From NCBI GenBank assembly GCA_011109175.1, contig RDEW01000041.1:248001-312000 (forward strand): 64,000 bases of DNA, in the 5' to 3' direction. Position numbers and translations under genes: made by a program. Positions 25,828 through 37,019 of the stretch are shown in pieces (within the stretch, counting starts at the first letter, position 1; every line of letters starts with the position of its first letter). The notes under the pieces are model-generated. The model saw nothing but the letters and a program-made list of their open reading frames with translations. It did no database searches and was not told the origin of the DNA. This DNA comes from Dicyema japonicum (taxonomy: Eukaryota > Animalia > Dicyemida).

Positions 25828-27728
25828 CAGTCGAACCCCGGGGTGGAGCATCAAAGTGCCCCAAAAAGCGGGGGTGCCTTCCAAAACCGGGATTTGGTTC
25901 AAACTATTGATTTATGGTTGATTTAACTTAAATTTTTGTTTACTTTGCGAAAAGGAACTTCTTCACCTCTTCCAAAAGTGTTTATAAATAAGTTGTGATT
26001 TTTTGCTCTATAGTTTGATAAATTATTCTATGTTTTTTATTCCATTTTGATTAATTAATAAATCATTATTTTTAAAAAATTTTTTTGAAATAATCAGCCA
26101 ATTTCAAATTTTTCCTATTTCTTAAATTTTTCCAAGCTGAAATCTGAACTCATAATATTTTTGGAGTGTCTCCAGATATGTATTTTGCGCTACATTTTCT
26201 AACTTATCCATCATTTCATACGTTTCTGATATCGTTGTTTTGTCCTCTGTGTCAATTCCATTATAAAATTTGCGACTCTTGACTAGATCTTCGCTTTCTT
26301 CAGCTATTAGTTCAGTTATTATTTTCCAGGACTTCTTCCCCGCAATTTTTATCTTCAACTAATTCTTTTCTATTTTCCTCAATTTTCTTCCAACAATCAA
26401 TTATTGTTGTTTCTTTAACTTCCATCCACGCTTTTTTAACAAGTACCATAATCTGTCGCATATCTATATTTTTCAAAGATTTAGGATTAATTGTTGTATC
26501 TTCTTCCAAATTGAGCATAAAGTCCATTAGGAAGTTTGTGTAATGTACTTTGAAACATTTTATTATACCCATGTCTAGAGGCTGAATCAAAGATGTTGTG
26601 TTTTTAGGAAAAAAAACAATTTAACATTTGAGTATTCCAATAAAGAATGGCATGTAGCATTATCCATTATTAAAAGTATTTTTCTATCTTGTGAGAGAAA
26701 GTCGTCGTTTATCTTTGAAAGCCACATTTTGAAAATTTCTCTATTCATCCAGGAATTTTTTGACGCTGCATATAAAATACCGAATTTTTCACAATCAAAA
26801 TCTATGTTAAAATATAATTAAGCAAACTTTTCATACAACAAGGTGATTTGTATTTTCCAATAACAAGGGGTCTTAATTTATTTCTTGCTGCATTACAGCA
26901 AAGGAGAACTGTTACTTTTTTTACTGAATTTTGTACCATGACATGTCTCTATAGATTCGACATAAGATCTTGAAGGAAATTTTTTAACATACAAAGATGT
27001 TTCATCACAGTTAAAAATATTTTCATGACAATAAGTTTTCAACAAATTATCGAATTGAAAGAAAAAATTTGCCAAATTACTTTTATCTGCTGAATTTTTT
27101 TCACCACAAATGGCTTTAAAAACCAGATCATGTCTCTTCTTAAATCTGTCTAACCAACCGTTTGAAGCTTTAAAAGATGTTGAATAATTCAATTTTGTCG
27201 ATATTTTTTTCGCGATGGCTTTGATTAAAGTACCCGAAATAGAAAAGGAATCATCCCTCAAACGACGAAAAGCATTGAAAGTTAATTCGTCAAATTTTTC
27301 AAATTGATTGTCTTCATTAGAAACTGGTTCAACTTCATCTATTTGAACTAATCTTGAAATGACTGATCCGGTATTAATGAAAGAAGAAATGTTTTTTTTG
27401 ATTCGGGAAATAGTGCCTTTGCTTATCTTGAATTTTTTTGCAACTTCTCTTTCAGAAGAAGTTTGTAGACACTTTGCAATTTTAATTTTTGTTTCAATAG
27501 AAATTTTGGAAGGCATTACACAAAGACAATTATCACGTGTTCAAAAATAATATTATTCAAAATAATATTATTTAAAATATTAAAATAAATTAGTAAAGTG
27601 CCCCATACTGGGGTTTTGATAATTTCCAAATATGGAAATTATTGATGGAAAATGTACTAAAAAATAAAATCGCCCCAAAAAGCCAGGGTGTCCCAAGGCG
27701 TGGGTTTTATTAGTGTGGGGTTCGACTG
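25828..27728 (-). mobile_element. pogo/Tigger DNA transposon, full length, with TIRs, TA duplication and an intron-containing transposase
   Basis: Ends are TA|CAGTCGAACCCC ... GGGGTTCGACTG|TA. The transposase has an HTH, FKASNGWLDRFKKRH, and the catalytic triad NCDET / MDNA / QPLD. A 26-nt GT-AG intron at 26802-26827 restores the frame. Confidence 0.92.
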
Positions 27729-28522
27729 TATTAATATTTTTGTGGTATTATTCAAACCACAAAAATGTCTAAAATGTAGAAATAATGGTTGATACATAAA
27801 TATTGAATAGAACAATGATGCAATTGTATTATGGTTAAAAGTAACGTTTGATTAAATCTAATTTGCCGGTCATGGGTTCGACTCAGAGTCTAATATCACC
27901 TCACAAAATTTTGATTTTTTTCGTTCAATAATTAAGAGAACGCTGTTCTATCAGAGGATGTTTTATTTTTACGCTCGCAGTTGAAACGCGAACCTCGCTC
28001 GACATCCTGAAGGGAATAGCCACACATTAAAGTCTTTGAATTTCCCGACCATCACCATAGCTCTATCCGTTGCTATCAACACGAGATTTTATAGTCGAAT
28101 AACTTTTGTCAAAAAACTTTTTTCCTTTAATTTCTCAGTATTCGATAGGTTTTTCACGTTTATATGGATGCATACTTCGAAAATGATTCAATTGCCTTGA
28201 TGGCTTTATTTGAAAGGTAGACCAAGGGTTACCTAATTTTTATGTATGTTCTTTATCTTTTTTTTCTACTAAATATTTTAGAGATAGTGTCCAGTTTCAA
28301 GGTGAGACTAAAAAGTCATGTTCTCGCTCACTCGATTGTAAGGTTTCCGACAACTTCATTGAATGTAAGTTTACTTAGTTTTCTGTTGTTTCTGAATGGA
28401 CTTTGCCATTCAATAAAACAATTTGATAAAACTTAATCTTAAAAATTATTTTATTTTTTATAAAAATCAAGAAATATTTTTATTTGAAATTTAATTATAT
28501 AATTTCGCTATTTTGTAATAAA

Positions 28523-30878
28523 ATGGAAATACCTTCGTTATATGCTCATTGCATCAACCTTCTTCGAAAAAACATTGATGAGAAAAAATATCAAGCATTA
28601 AGCGAAAAATCTAAGAGAATGATTTCTAAAAGACTAGTAAAGGAACTGAGATATTTGAAAGATCTATCAGAACCTGAAAATGAGCAATACTCAAGTATAT
28701 ACAAGATTTCAGATGTGACACTGAACAATATTTTTTGCGTCGAGTTGACTACTCACAAAGTTGACGTTAAAGATGTTCTCAAAATGATTCAAGTTTATCC
28801 AAATTTATCGAATATTAAAATATTCATGTTAGTTTCATCAGAAGAGAATCCCTTACTACCATTTTCTCCCAATAACATCCAATCATTCTCACTTACAGAA
28901 TATGATGATCCTGATCTGCTACATTCTCTTTTTATGACTGGATTTGTGAAAATAACATTCCTTGAACTTTATCGCGACGAAGAATATCACCCAACAATTT
29001 TTAAGAATAGCACATTGAAAATAATTGAGAAACTGGAACACGTAGAATTTCGTAACGTTTTAATTGTCGACTTTGAAGAATTTTCTACAAACCTCAACAG
29101 TCCAGAGTCTTTGTGGTTTTTTTGTTGTAAAATTCAGTTATTTTGATGTCAAAAGTTTTAATCCTTTCGGTGAAGAATATTTGGATGCAAATGAATTCAG
29201 TTGTCTTTTCGAAAAAGCCACAAACATAACTTTTCTAGGTTTATCGGCCTATGATACCGATCTAGACAAATTTGCAAAGTAATTGATTATAATAATCTTA
29301 GACAAGTGGCAAAAAACGGATTGAAAAAACTTTATAATAAAGAAATCTTACATTTCAGCGCGGATATAAACGAATCAGTAAATTTGACAAAATAATATAG
29401 AATGATCTAGAATCAGCTGTAAACAACCTAGCCATATCTCTCCATGACGGATATTACGAAATGTTTGAGGAAACCCTCTCTAAGTCTCGCAATACGAATA
29501 TTCGAAATATCATTTTAACTCGATTTTTGAGAGTATATGCAAATATTTCTTTAGCTTCTCTCTCATCATTTTGAGGTAGAATTCTATAAAAATACAAATT
29601 ATGTCATGTAAGTGAATTTTGTTACTTCAGCTCTATTATAATTGATCTTCCCCAAAAAAATAAAATTTCTTATTTTAATCGTTGGTATCAGTTGATCTTA
29701 TTGTTAGCTTAATCTATGACATTTTTCTTGCCGTTTTTAATACATCCGTTTATCAAAAACACAATATTGTATTATAATTTTAAATTTTAGGAAATTCATG
29801 ATTTTTTAGATGTATTACACTTTTTAAAACCATGGGAGACACCAATTTTTGTTTGTAATTTTTTTCATTTTAGTTGCCTTCGATCTCATCCGTGCTTAAA
29901 GGAATGTCATTATGGTACGACAAAGAAAGAGATACTTACGATTGCTGTCTCTCTACTATGAAACGTATGAGCGTAGAATTTATGACTTATCTTGGGCATT
30001 CCGGACTTGTCAAAGTTTAAAATTAATGACAGGATAATTTTAGTACTGCTTTAAATGTCTTGAAACATGCAACAGCATGAATTCTGGGATATTCCATGTG
30101 TTGAGATATCTTCTAGGCATTCGCAATGTATTTATTTAGATGGAAATGAAAAAAATGTGGATTTGTTTGTTGATTTGGATGGAATTGCTCAAATTCACAA
30201 TCTTTTTAAAAGACTTTCAATAGACAAGAATGATAACCATTATATTATAATTCCGATTATTAAAGTTGTGGAAACTCTAGCTAAATTTCAAAAGGCTAGA
30301 GGTTTACTGGCGACGTGTGGAGTAATGGAAGATTTATTGTAAAATCGGTGTTTTATTGAAGGAATCCTGATTACGATCAACTTAATTTTAATGCGCAATA
30401 TTTTATCTGGAGTTGCATGTCTCTGCTATTGGGGGATCCAAATTATATTTTGCCCACATTTGTAAATTTGGAATTCGGTGATTTGAGTCCGAAAGAATTC
30501 ATCATAAATGGGATTTTTCAATTTTTAAAAAGAAATCCGTATAACGCAAACTGCGATATCCATATTAGGTTCTCCGATTTTTTATGTGGCAGGTCATTGA
30601 TGCCAAGAATAAATATATTAAATGTGAACACGGATGAGCGAATTTGGCTTTTGGTTGTGTGGGAATTTGCTAATTTAACCACTAAATATCGTTGATCTTT
30701 ATTTTTATATTAGCAAATGTATTCATGGACATGTTGATTCCGCATAACATTATTCAGAAAATTGAGAATGTATGTGTACAATCCAACATGGAAGAGATCC
30801 ATTTCTATGCTGCTATTTTAAGAACAAATTACAATGTCGTTAATTTTATGATTTTAGGATTACGTTAATCGTCACTGA
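28523..30878 (+). CDS. Divergent ZYG11/ZER1-like Cullin-2 substrate receptor (BC-box, LRR-like, ARM-like), about 12 micro-introns
   Basis: The N-terminus PSLYAHCINLL fits the BC-box. The C-terminus WEFANLTTKYPNVFMDMLI resembles ZER1 WALYNLVSVYPDKYCPLLI (from memory). The frame is maintained by introns such as 29116-37 (22 nt) and 29279-301 (23 nt). Exons near 29.9-30.05 kb are uncertain. Confidence 0.65.
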
Positions 30879-31369
30879 TGAAGTCTTCAAGTTAACTTTT
30901 TCTTTAATAAATTATTAGCAACATGTATTCATTACTAGTCGCTATTATAAGGCTAAAATGCATACTTAGCTACTGTTAGCATTTTTTTCTACTGAATTTT
31001 TTTTTCAAATCCGAATATTGTTCACAATAATCTGATGTAATACTACGTGGTGGTTCTAACGTATCGATTTCCAAAATCTCATTTAACATTAATCTAAAAA
31101 ATCAAAAATTAGAACTCTTCTAACTCGAGGACCCGTAGCTACATTGATCATAAACACTCAAATATTTCATTCTCAGATAATCTAAAAGTTCATTGTGGCT
31201 GGTCAAATATCGAATAAATCTGGAAAATCCCCTTAAGGTAAGCTCAATTTCTCCTCTTTCTGTCACCTCTAAAATACTCAAAAAATCAAATGTCGTTCCA
31301 AAACCTACGTTGTAGATTTTTTAACATGTTTCTTTTTTCAAAAATACAGCAGGTGTCTTATTTTGCTCG

Positions 31370-31960
31370 TTGTTCACTAAAAGAAGAGCTAAAATGTCAT
31401 TTGTTCTTAACATAAGCCCTATAAATCTTGGAGAAGTTGAAAATACAGTAAAATGCACTAATGCTCCTGGAAAGGACAGGATCGCTATGCGTTCGTTCAC
31501 GGAATCACCTAGGAGCTCTGAATATCTGAGATGTCTCTTTACATATAAGTCAGGTTAATTTACGAAGATCAGAATGATACGTAAATCTGGGAAACCTGGT
31601 AACTTAGTAACCAGTTATAAGCCCTGAAGCCTCATTTATACAAACATTCTCAGGATTGAAAGAATCGTGTTTAACAGACTCTCAGAACACATAGTACGTA
31701 ATATATAAAAGAGCACCAGTCGGGTTTTTCGCAAAAATCGCTATTTGGAGACTGTTTATACAGTTTTAGCTCGACAATTGTGAGGCCTTTTATACTAAAG
31801 GATTTTTGACCGCAGTCTTCTCTGACATATCCAAAGTTTTCGACAGTGTGTGATATCTTAGACTTTTATATCTCTTGTGAGATGTGATGCTGAAAAGGAA
31901 CTTTATTTCTGTATACGAAGTTTGCTCTCGAACAGAAGGTTAATTGGTAATTTCTTAAAC
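31370..31960 (+). mobile_element. Degenerate APE-type LINE, pre-RT/RT fragment
   Basis: Remnants include NAPGKDRI, YKP..L, GFSQK and FSDISKVFDSV. Confidence 0.55.
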
Positions 31961-31964
31961 TTTT

Positions 31965-32160
31965 CACCCGCTCTCTTGCCGCCATAGCAGAGGCCGGTTC
32001 CATAGGCATGCAGCCATCAACGGGGTTGTGAAGCGCTCTCTTGAGGAAGCTGGATTCACGTCGTCTCTAGAACCAGTAGGAATGGATCGTGGAGATGGAA
32101 AACGCCTAGACGGGGTAACTGTCTCCGCCTTCTCTCGAGGAAAATGCTTAAATGAGATGG
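31965..32160 (+). mobile_element. CRE-like RLE fragment
   Basis: VKRSLEEAG..SLEPVGMDRGDGKRLDGVTV matches the other CRE-like copies. Confidence 0.75.
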
Positions 32161-33499
32161 GGATTGTACCGATACCTTTTCCTAGTCGAGACTTGCTGGT
32201 TCCTCTTCAAAAGCTGGGAGGCTGCTCGGATTTTCGAGAATTTCAAGTTTTAGAAATACGACAGCCTCTCTACAAAATTCCATGTTCCAGTCTTCTATTA
32301 ACATTGCCAGAAATCTTGATAAACGCTGATACGTAATAATTTATGTCTCTTCACCCCTTTGGTATTTGAGAAATGGTTGAAGAAGTAAATGTATCAGATC
32401 GAAGAGTGATGTAATGTAAGCTTTCTTTCAGCTGCACGTGAGAAATCTGGTCTGGTGAAAATAACTGGAAGCAGAAGCCTGGCTAATTTAAAGAAAACTT
32501 ACAAGGATAGCTCGGAAGAAGACTATGAAAGACCTTAGCCTCCTAATTGACGAGGGGGTAATTTTATGGAACATGCTAAAACACGCAATTAAAAGCTGCG
32601 GACACTGTTCTGCGTTACATAGTTAAAGCTCGAGTCGGAGACCTTTGCGATGTCTTCAACTTTGCAACACTTCCTGGAATGTTATATAGAAGGACGGTAC
32701 GACCCAAAAGGAGATACTCATTTATCATGAAATTTGAGTATTTATGCTCTAAAGCTTGATTATGGGATATCTATGCCGATTCTCGTATGGTTGGAAAGAA
32801 AAATGTGGAAGGTTGGCGGAACTATCAAAATCTTATTCGAGATTTCAAAAACCGCACTAAAGTATCGGGAGTTATCTTAAAAGATTACCCTCTGTTTGAT
32901 CGTTGGCCAAGCACTACCGTTTCACATTACTTCCCCCATAACTTAATTAGCAGTATATTTTATAATAACTTACCTACGGTGCAAATCCTTTCCAAATTGG
33001 ATACTCAAGGTTCAGTTATTTCACATTCGCAATTTTATTTTCATTCGAGTGAGTTAATGCAAATTTACCGTAACACAAAAAAATTAACTATTTTCAAAAA
33101 TTAAAGATATCTCCCTTAAAATCGATAGTCATGCTCCTCCACTGATTTAAAACAATCTACTATTCGCCCAATACTGTTCATTTGGAGCAACCTTTTTCGC
33201 AATAAAAAAGTTCGACCGCCAATTATTTAGCTGATTTTAAAAAGAATGTGTTCCAGAGTTGTCTTCCCATCAAATGATGGATTTTATCACAAAAAATTCC
33301 ACCAGATCCATCAATGCACTCGAAATGAACAAATTCCTAGACAAGTTTACAAAAACCCAATTCATCAACTGCACCTTTTCTAATGAAACTACGGAATATT
33401 AACACGTGTGCACAGTGTTTTCTCACTATTTAGTCCCACTGCGTTTGAATGAGTTAGAAAATCCATACAAGTTCAAACTTACTATAAGTCCAACGGGTT

Positions 33500-34580
33500 T
33501 TCACGAAGGCCTTGATAACTAGAGGCTAGTATTACCCAGGATCACTGGGTAAGAGGAAAAAAGAAAGTTCCCAACTAGCTTAAGTGACCCCAGACCGATT
33601 TGGGGAAGGGTCCTATTTGACGTAGACGAGAATCCTTTATGGCTTTCAGGAAAGACATGTCGTTATCACGCATCTAGGGAAGTTTTTTTAAAGTATTTGT
33701 TCATGGCTTCAAAGAAAGGGTAGTTGGCCGAGCAGCTTCCCTCACCATCTTCTGTTGTAATTTAATAAAATCTGCCAATGACTCTTTTGGAAGCTTTTTT
33801 GGTTGCTGACAGTTTCAGGAGAGAGAAGCGGGAAATGGCCAGTGACCACGATTCACATGCCTAGATCAATTGTCGATAGACAGTGAAAAAGGGTCCAGCG
33901 TTTCTTATGAGAGGTTTGAAATTATCTTCAGTATCATTCTCATAAATGCCGCAGTCTAATTCTGAACAAGAACTCGAGGCTAAATAATAATAGTTAACAA
34001 TATACGGGCTAATTCTTAAAATGAATAATTCTTTTTTTCAGTCGATAAAAGACAAAAGGATGCGCTAAAAATCAATCTTCATTGTGACATTATTTCGATG
34101 AACACACATCCAAGAATAATGGGAGTAATCATGGACGGCTTCCTCGTGAATGTACTGTAAAGGGGTATCTCGCCGTTACCATAAAGAGTTAGAATTCCGT
34201 GTTTGAGAGTAAAACCTATATCATTCTTAAACTTTCATCGTCTACTAGTTGTATGAGCTTTCTTCTACAGTATCAAAAGGTCTCGGTAAATCAATCCCAG
34301 GATTATAAAATGCCTTCTTGAGCTTTTGCGTCCACACGATATCCGACGTAGACTTCCATCATCTGAATCCACTTTTTCGTCAAACATAATCCTTTAGGTC
34401 CGTTCTTTCGGTTTAGTAGTTTGATTACTCTTAAAATTTTTGGGGCCATAGTTAAGGAGTTAAACCTCTTTAACGATTGAGGTCCTCAGTCAACTGTGTT
34501 CTTTGTGGTGAAGAAGAATTCCTCTGACGCTGAAGAGTGTGTTTTAGACATACGTGCAATTGAGAGACGTCCAAATACCA
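33500..34580 (-). mobile_element. Degenerate RTE-like (family B) LINE
   Basis: The minus strand gives ILGIDLPRPFDTV, matching VLGIDLSRAFD of ORF 59789-58899. Boundaries are approximate. Confidence 0.5.
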
Positions 34581-34707
34581 AAATCGTTAAAAATTATTTT
34601 AAAATATTTTTTTGTTTTTAAAACCAGAATTAATTATAAAATTAAATTTATTTAAAACGTGTGCATTTTGTGTCTTGTGGGTTTTCTTTGTTAATTAAAA
34701 CAGTTAT

Positions 34708-35064
34708 ATGGAAGAAAAAAAAGAGCAGTTAGAACAAAAGTCTTTTAATTTTATTCTTTCTTCAAGGGACCCCGTTAAATTAAACAGAGGTTTTTATTCA
34801 TCATTAATTCTAGTCGCCAGAAGCCTTATTGGCCGTGCTATTGAACTCGAATTTCCGGTTAAGGGACCGTGTCCGCTTCCAACTAAAAAATTACGAATCA
34901 CATGCAGGAAGACCCCATGCGGAGAAGGATCGAAGACCTGGGATCGCTTCCAGATGAGGATTCACACCCGTTGTGTGAAAATTAAGTGTGCTACTGAAGT
35001 CTTTAAGAACATAACCACGTTTGACTTGGAGGATGGGGTCTTCTTCAGTGTGAACGTCGTTTAA
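34708..35064 (+). CDS. RPS20: 40S ribosomal protein S20 (uS10)
   Basis: Contains VKGP..LPTKKLRITCRKTPCGEGSKTWDRFQMRIH. A 24-nt in-frame intron at 34790-34813 removes an 8-aa insertion relative to the canonical S20 alignment. The stop is TAA. Confidence 0.96.
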   Translation: MEEKKEQLEQKSFNFILSSRDPVKLNRGFYSSLILVARSLIGRAIELEFPVKGPCPLPTKKLRITCRKTPCGEGSKTWDRFQMRIHTRCVKIKCATEVFKNITTFDLEDGVFFSVNVV

Positions 35065-35269
35065 AATAGTTTTGTTGATTTTTTAATTTGGCATTAAAGA
35101 TTTTACTATATTTCTTAGTATTGGACTGCTTTACCCACGTGGTTGATCATTAAAGTTATATTGCATACTACTACCGTTTCACTTTCATAGAGTCAGTTAG
35201 CATAAGTTTTGTCAGGGAGCTAAGGAACAGGCGCAGGTCAGTCAATGTATTCATCGGGAATTAGGAAAT

Positions 35270-35640
35270 TGCTTATATTCAGCTTGGATTCATGTGAAAA
35301 AAGCATTTGACTCGATCGGCCACGAAATTTGATTTCAAATTCTTGAATTTGGCTAAATGGAAGTGAATTTGAATAACACGATAATGGAACAGTAAAGAAA
35401 TCAAGGGATATTTTGTGAGGAGATTCACTGTTTCCACTTCCACAGCTTTTTGTGCTTATAATTGATCCTTTGAGGGGGAGTTGAGTGGAAATACCTAAAA
35501 TTGTACATTAGTCAGTCAACCCCATCCATGATGATTTATGCCACGAGCCATTTGCTTTTTATGAATGATTTGAAAATATTTGCTCATGACGAGACAACTA
35601 TTTTTAAACTGACTTTAGAAAAACAGACAAGTATCTGGAA
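35270..35640 (+). mobile_element. RT fragment of an NeSL/R4-like element
   Basis: Remnants WIHVKKAFDSIGH, GDSLFP..FVLIIDP and HLLFMNDLKIFA. Confidence 0.6.
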
Positions 35641-36121
35641 TTAGGGGATCCACAGATATGATTTTAAAATGATTGAAATATTACCTTGAAAATATAACTT
35701 CTAAGACCGTAAAAATAAAGATGACCTTAAATGACCTTATAAATTTTAGTTAATATTTTTTTAACTTAATCTAATTTATTGAAATAGAGCATCAAATAAT
35801 TTTTAACCTTTTCATCATTAAAGTTTACATTTTTTTCGAGAATTTTATTTAGCATGGAAAAACTTCTACAAAATAGTTGTTCTGGAAATTCCCTAAGTTT
35901 TAAAAAATTCTGGACAAAATCTTTTAATTTCACATTTTTGATATCTTTAATGGCATTTACTTGTCCTTTTCACTATAATTTGATATCACATGGATCCTGA
36001 TCAAATTTGACTGAATCTATAAATTTTATTGCATCCATAATGGTAATCTTGGAATTTTCTTATTTCCAGAATAATTGGATGGTGGACAGAAATCAAATCT
36101 GTCAAAATTTTTGTTTAATTA

Positions 36122-37007
36122 CAGGGCTGTGGAGTCGGTAAAATATAGCACGACTCGACTCAAGAATAACAGAAAAATAAAAAAACATTTAGAAAAGAAA
36201 ATTTAACTATTATTTTTTAGAAATTATATGGCTTCGACCAGGTCTTCCTTCATATAAGCTCGAATGTCTGATTTGATAAATTTTAGCCCAGAAAACAGCC
36301 TTTCCACGCTGACTTGTGTAGGAGGTAGAGCAAGAAATCCCTTTTCACAGCAACAAGTTAATGAGATGCATTTTAAATTTTTCATCATCCATGAATATAG
36401 TAAATTATCAAATTGAAAAAAACTTATTTAATACGGCTGACTTAAAGATGTAGTATTTTCTGTCACAGTCTGATAAATCGTCAGTCTGATAATTCTAAGG
36501 GGCACATCAAAGGAAAACTAATACTATTGAATGTTTGTTCATTGTTTGAATCTTTTTTATCAACAATATTTAGAATATTTGGATGGAATCTCAATAAATG
36601 CCTCTTGAGATTGAAACAATGTATAATCACGATGTAAAGACATAACAATTTGGATTCAATTAATATGGAAGAGAAATTAATTTAAAATTATTATATATAG
36701 TATTAAATTAATTTAAAATTATTATATATAGCATTAAATTAATTTAAAATTATTATATATAGCATTAAATTAATTTAAAATTATTATATATATAGTATTA
36801 AATTAATTTAAAATTATTATATATAGTATTAATTAATTTAAATTAGTCAAAAAGACGTGTCTTTGTCCTTATCGTATTCTTATAAACAAAATGTGCGATC
36901 AAGAAGGAGTCGGAGTCGACTTTTTTATCACTGACTCCGACTCATCAAATATTATTTCTTCGACTCCGACTCCAACTATACAAAAAAACCCATCGACTCC
37001 ACAGCTG
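36122..37007 (-). mobile_element. Non-autonomous hAT deletion derivative
   Basis: TIRs CAGGGCTGTGGAGTCG / CGACTCCACAGCTG. Flanks TTTAATTA and TTAAATTA match at 7 of 8 bases (8-bp TSD). It retains the dimerization-domain remnant ALPPTQVSVERLFSGLKFIKSDIR and subterminal GACTCC repeats. Confidence 0.88.
36674..36845 (+). repeat. AT-rich minisatellite, 31-bp unit, about 5.5 copies
   Basis: Unit AAATTAATTTAAAATTATTATATATAG(T/C)ATT starts at 36674, 36705, 36736, 36767 and 36800. Confidence 0.95.
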
Positions 37008-37019
37008 TTAAATTATCTG

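Noticed and set aside
27830-27900. tRNA-like segment with a GGTTCGACTC B box
   Set aside because: No convincing cloverleaf or acceptor stem, and no second copy in the window.
32400-33104. LTR integrase remnant (LWNMLKHAIKSCGHC) and the 105-aa ORF 32787-33104
   Set aside because: Only a vague zinc-finger-like resemblance, with no DDE core, LTR, PBS or PPT. The ORF has no family motif or micro-intron pattern.
36674-36845. CRISPR-like array
   Set aside because: The units are head-to-tail with no unique spacers, there are no cas genes, and the context is eukaryotic and inside a hAT element.
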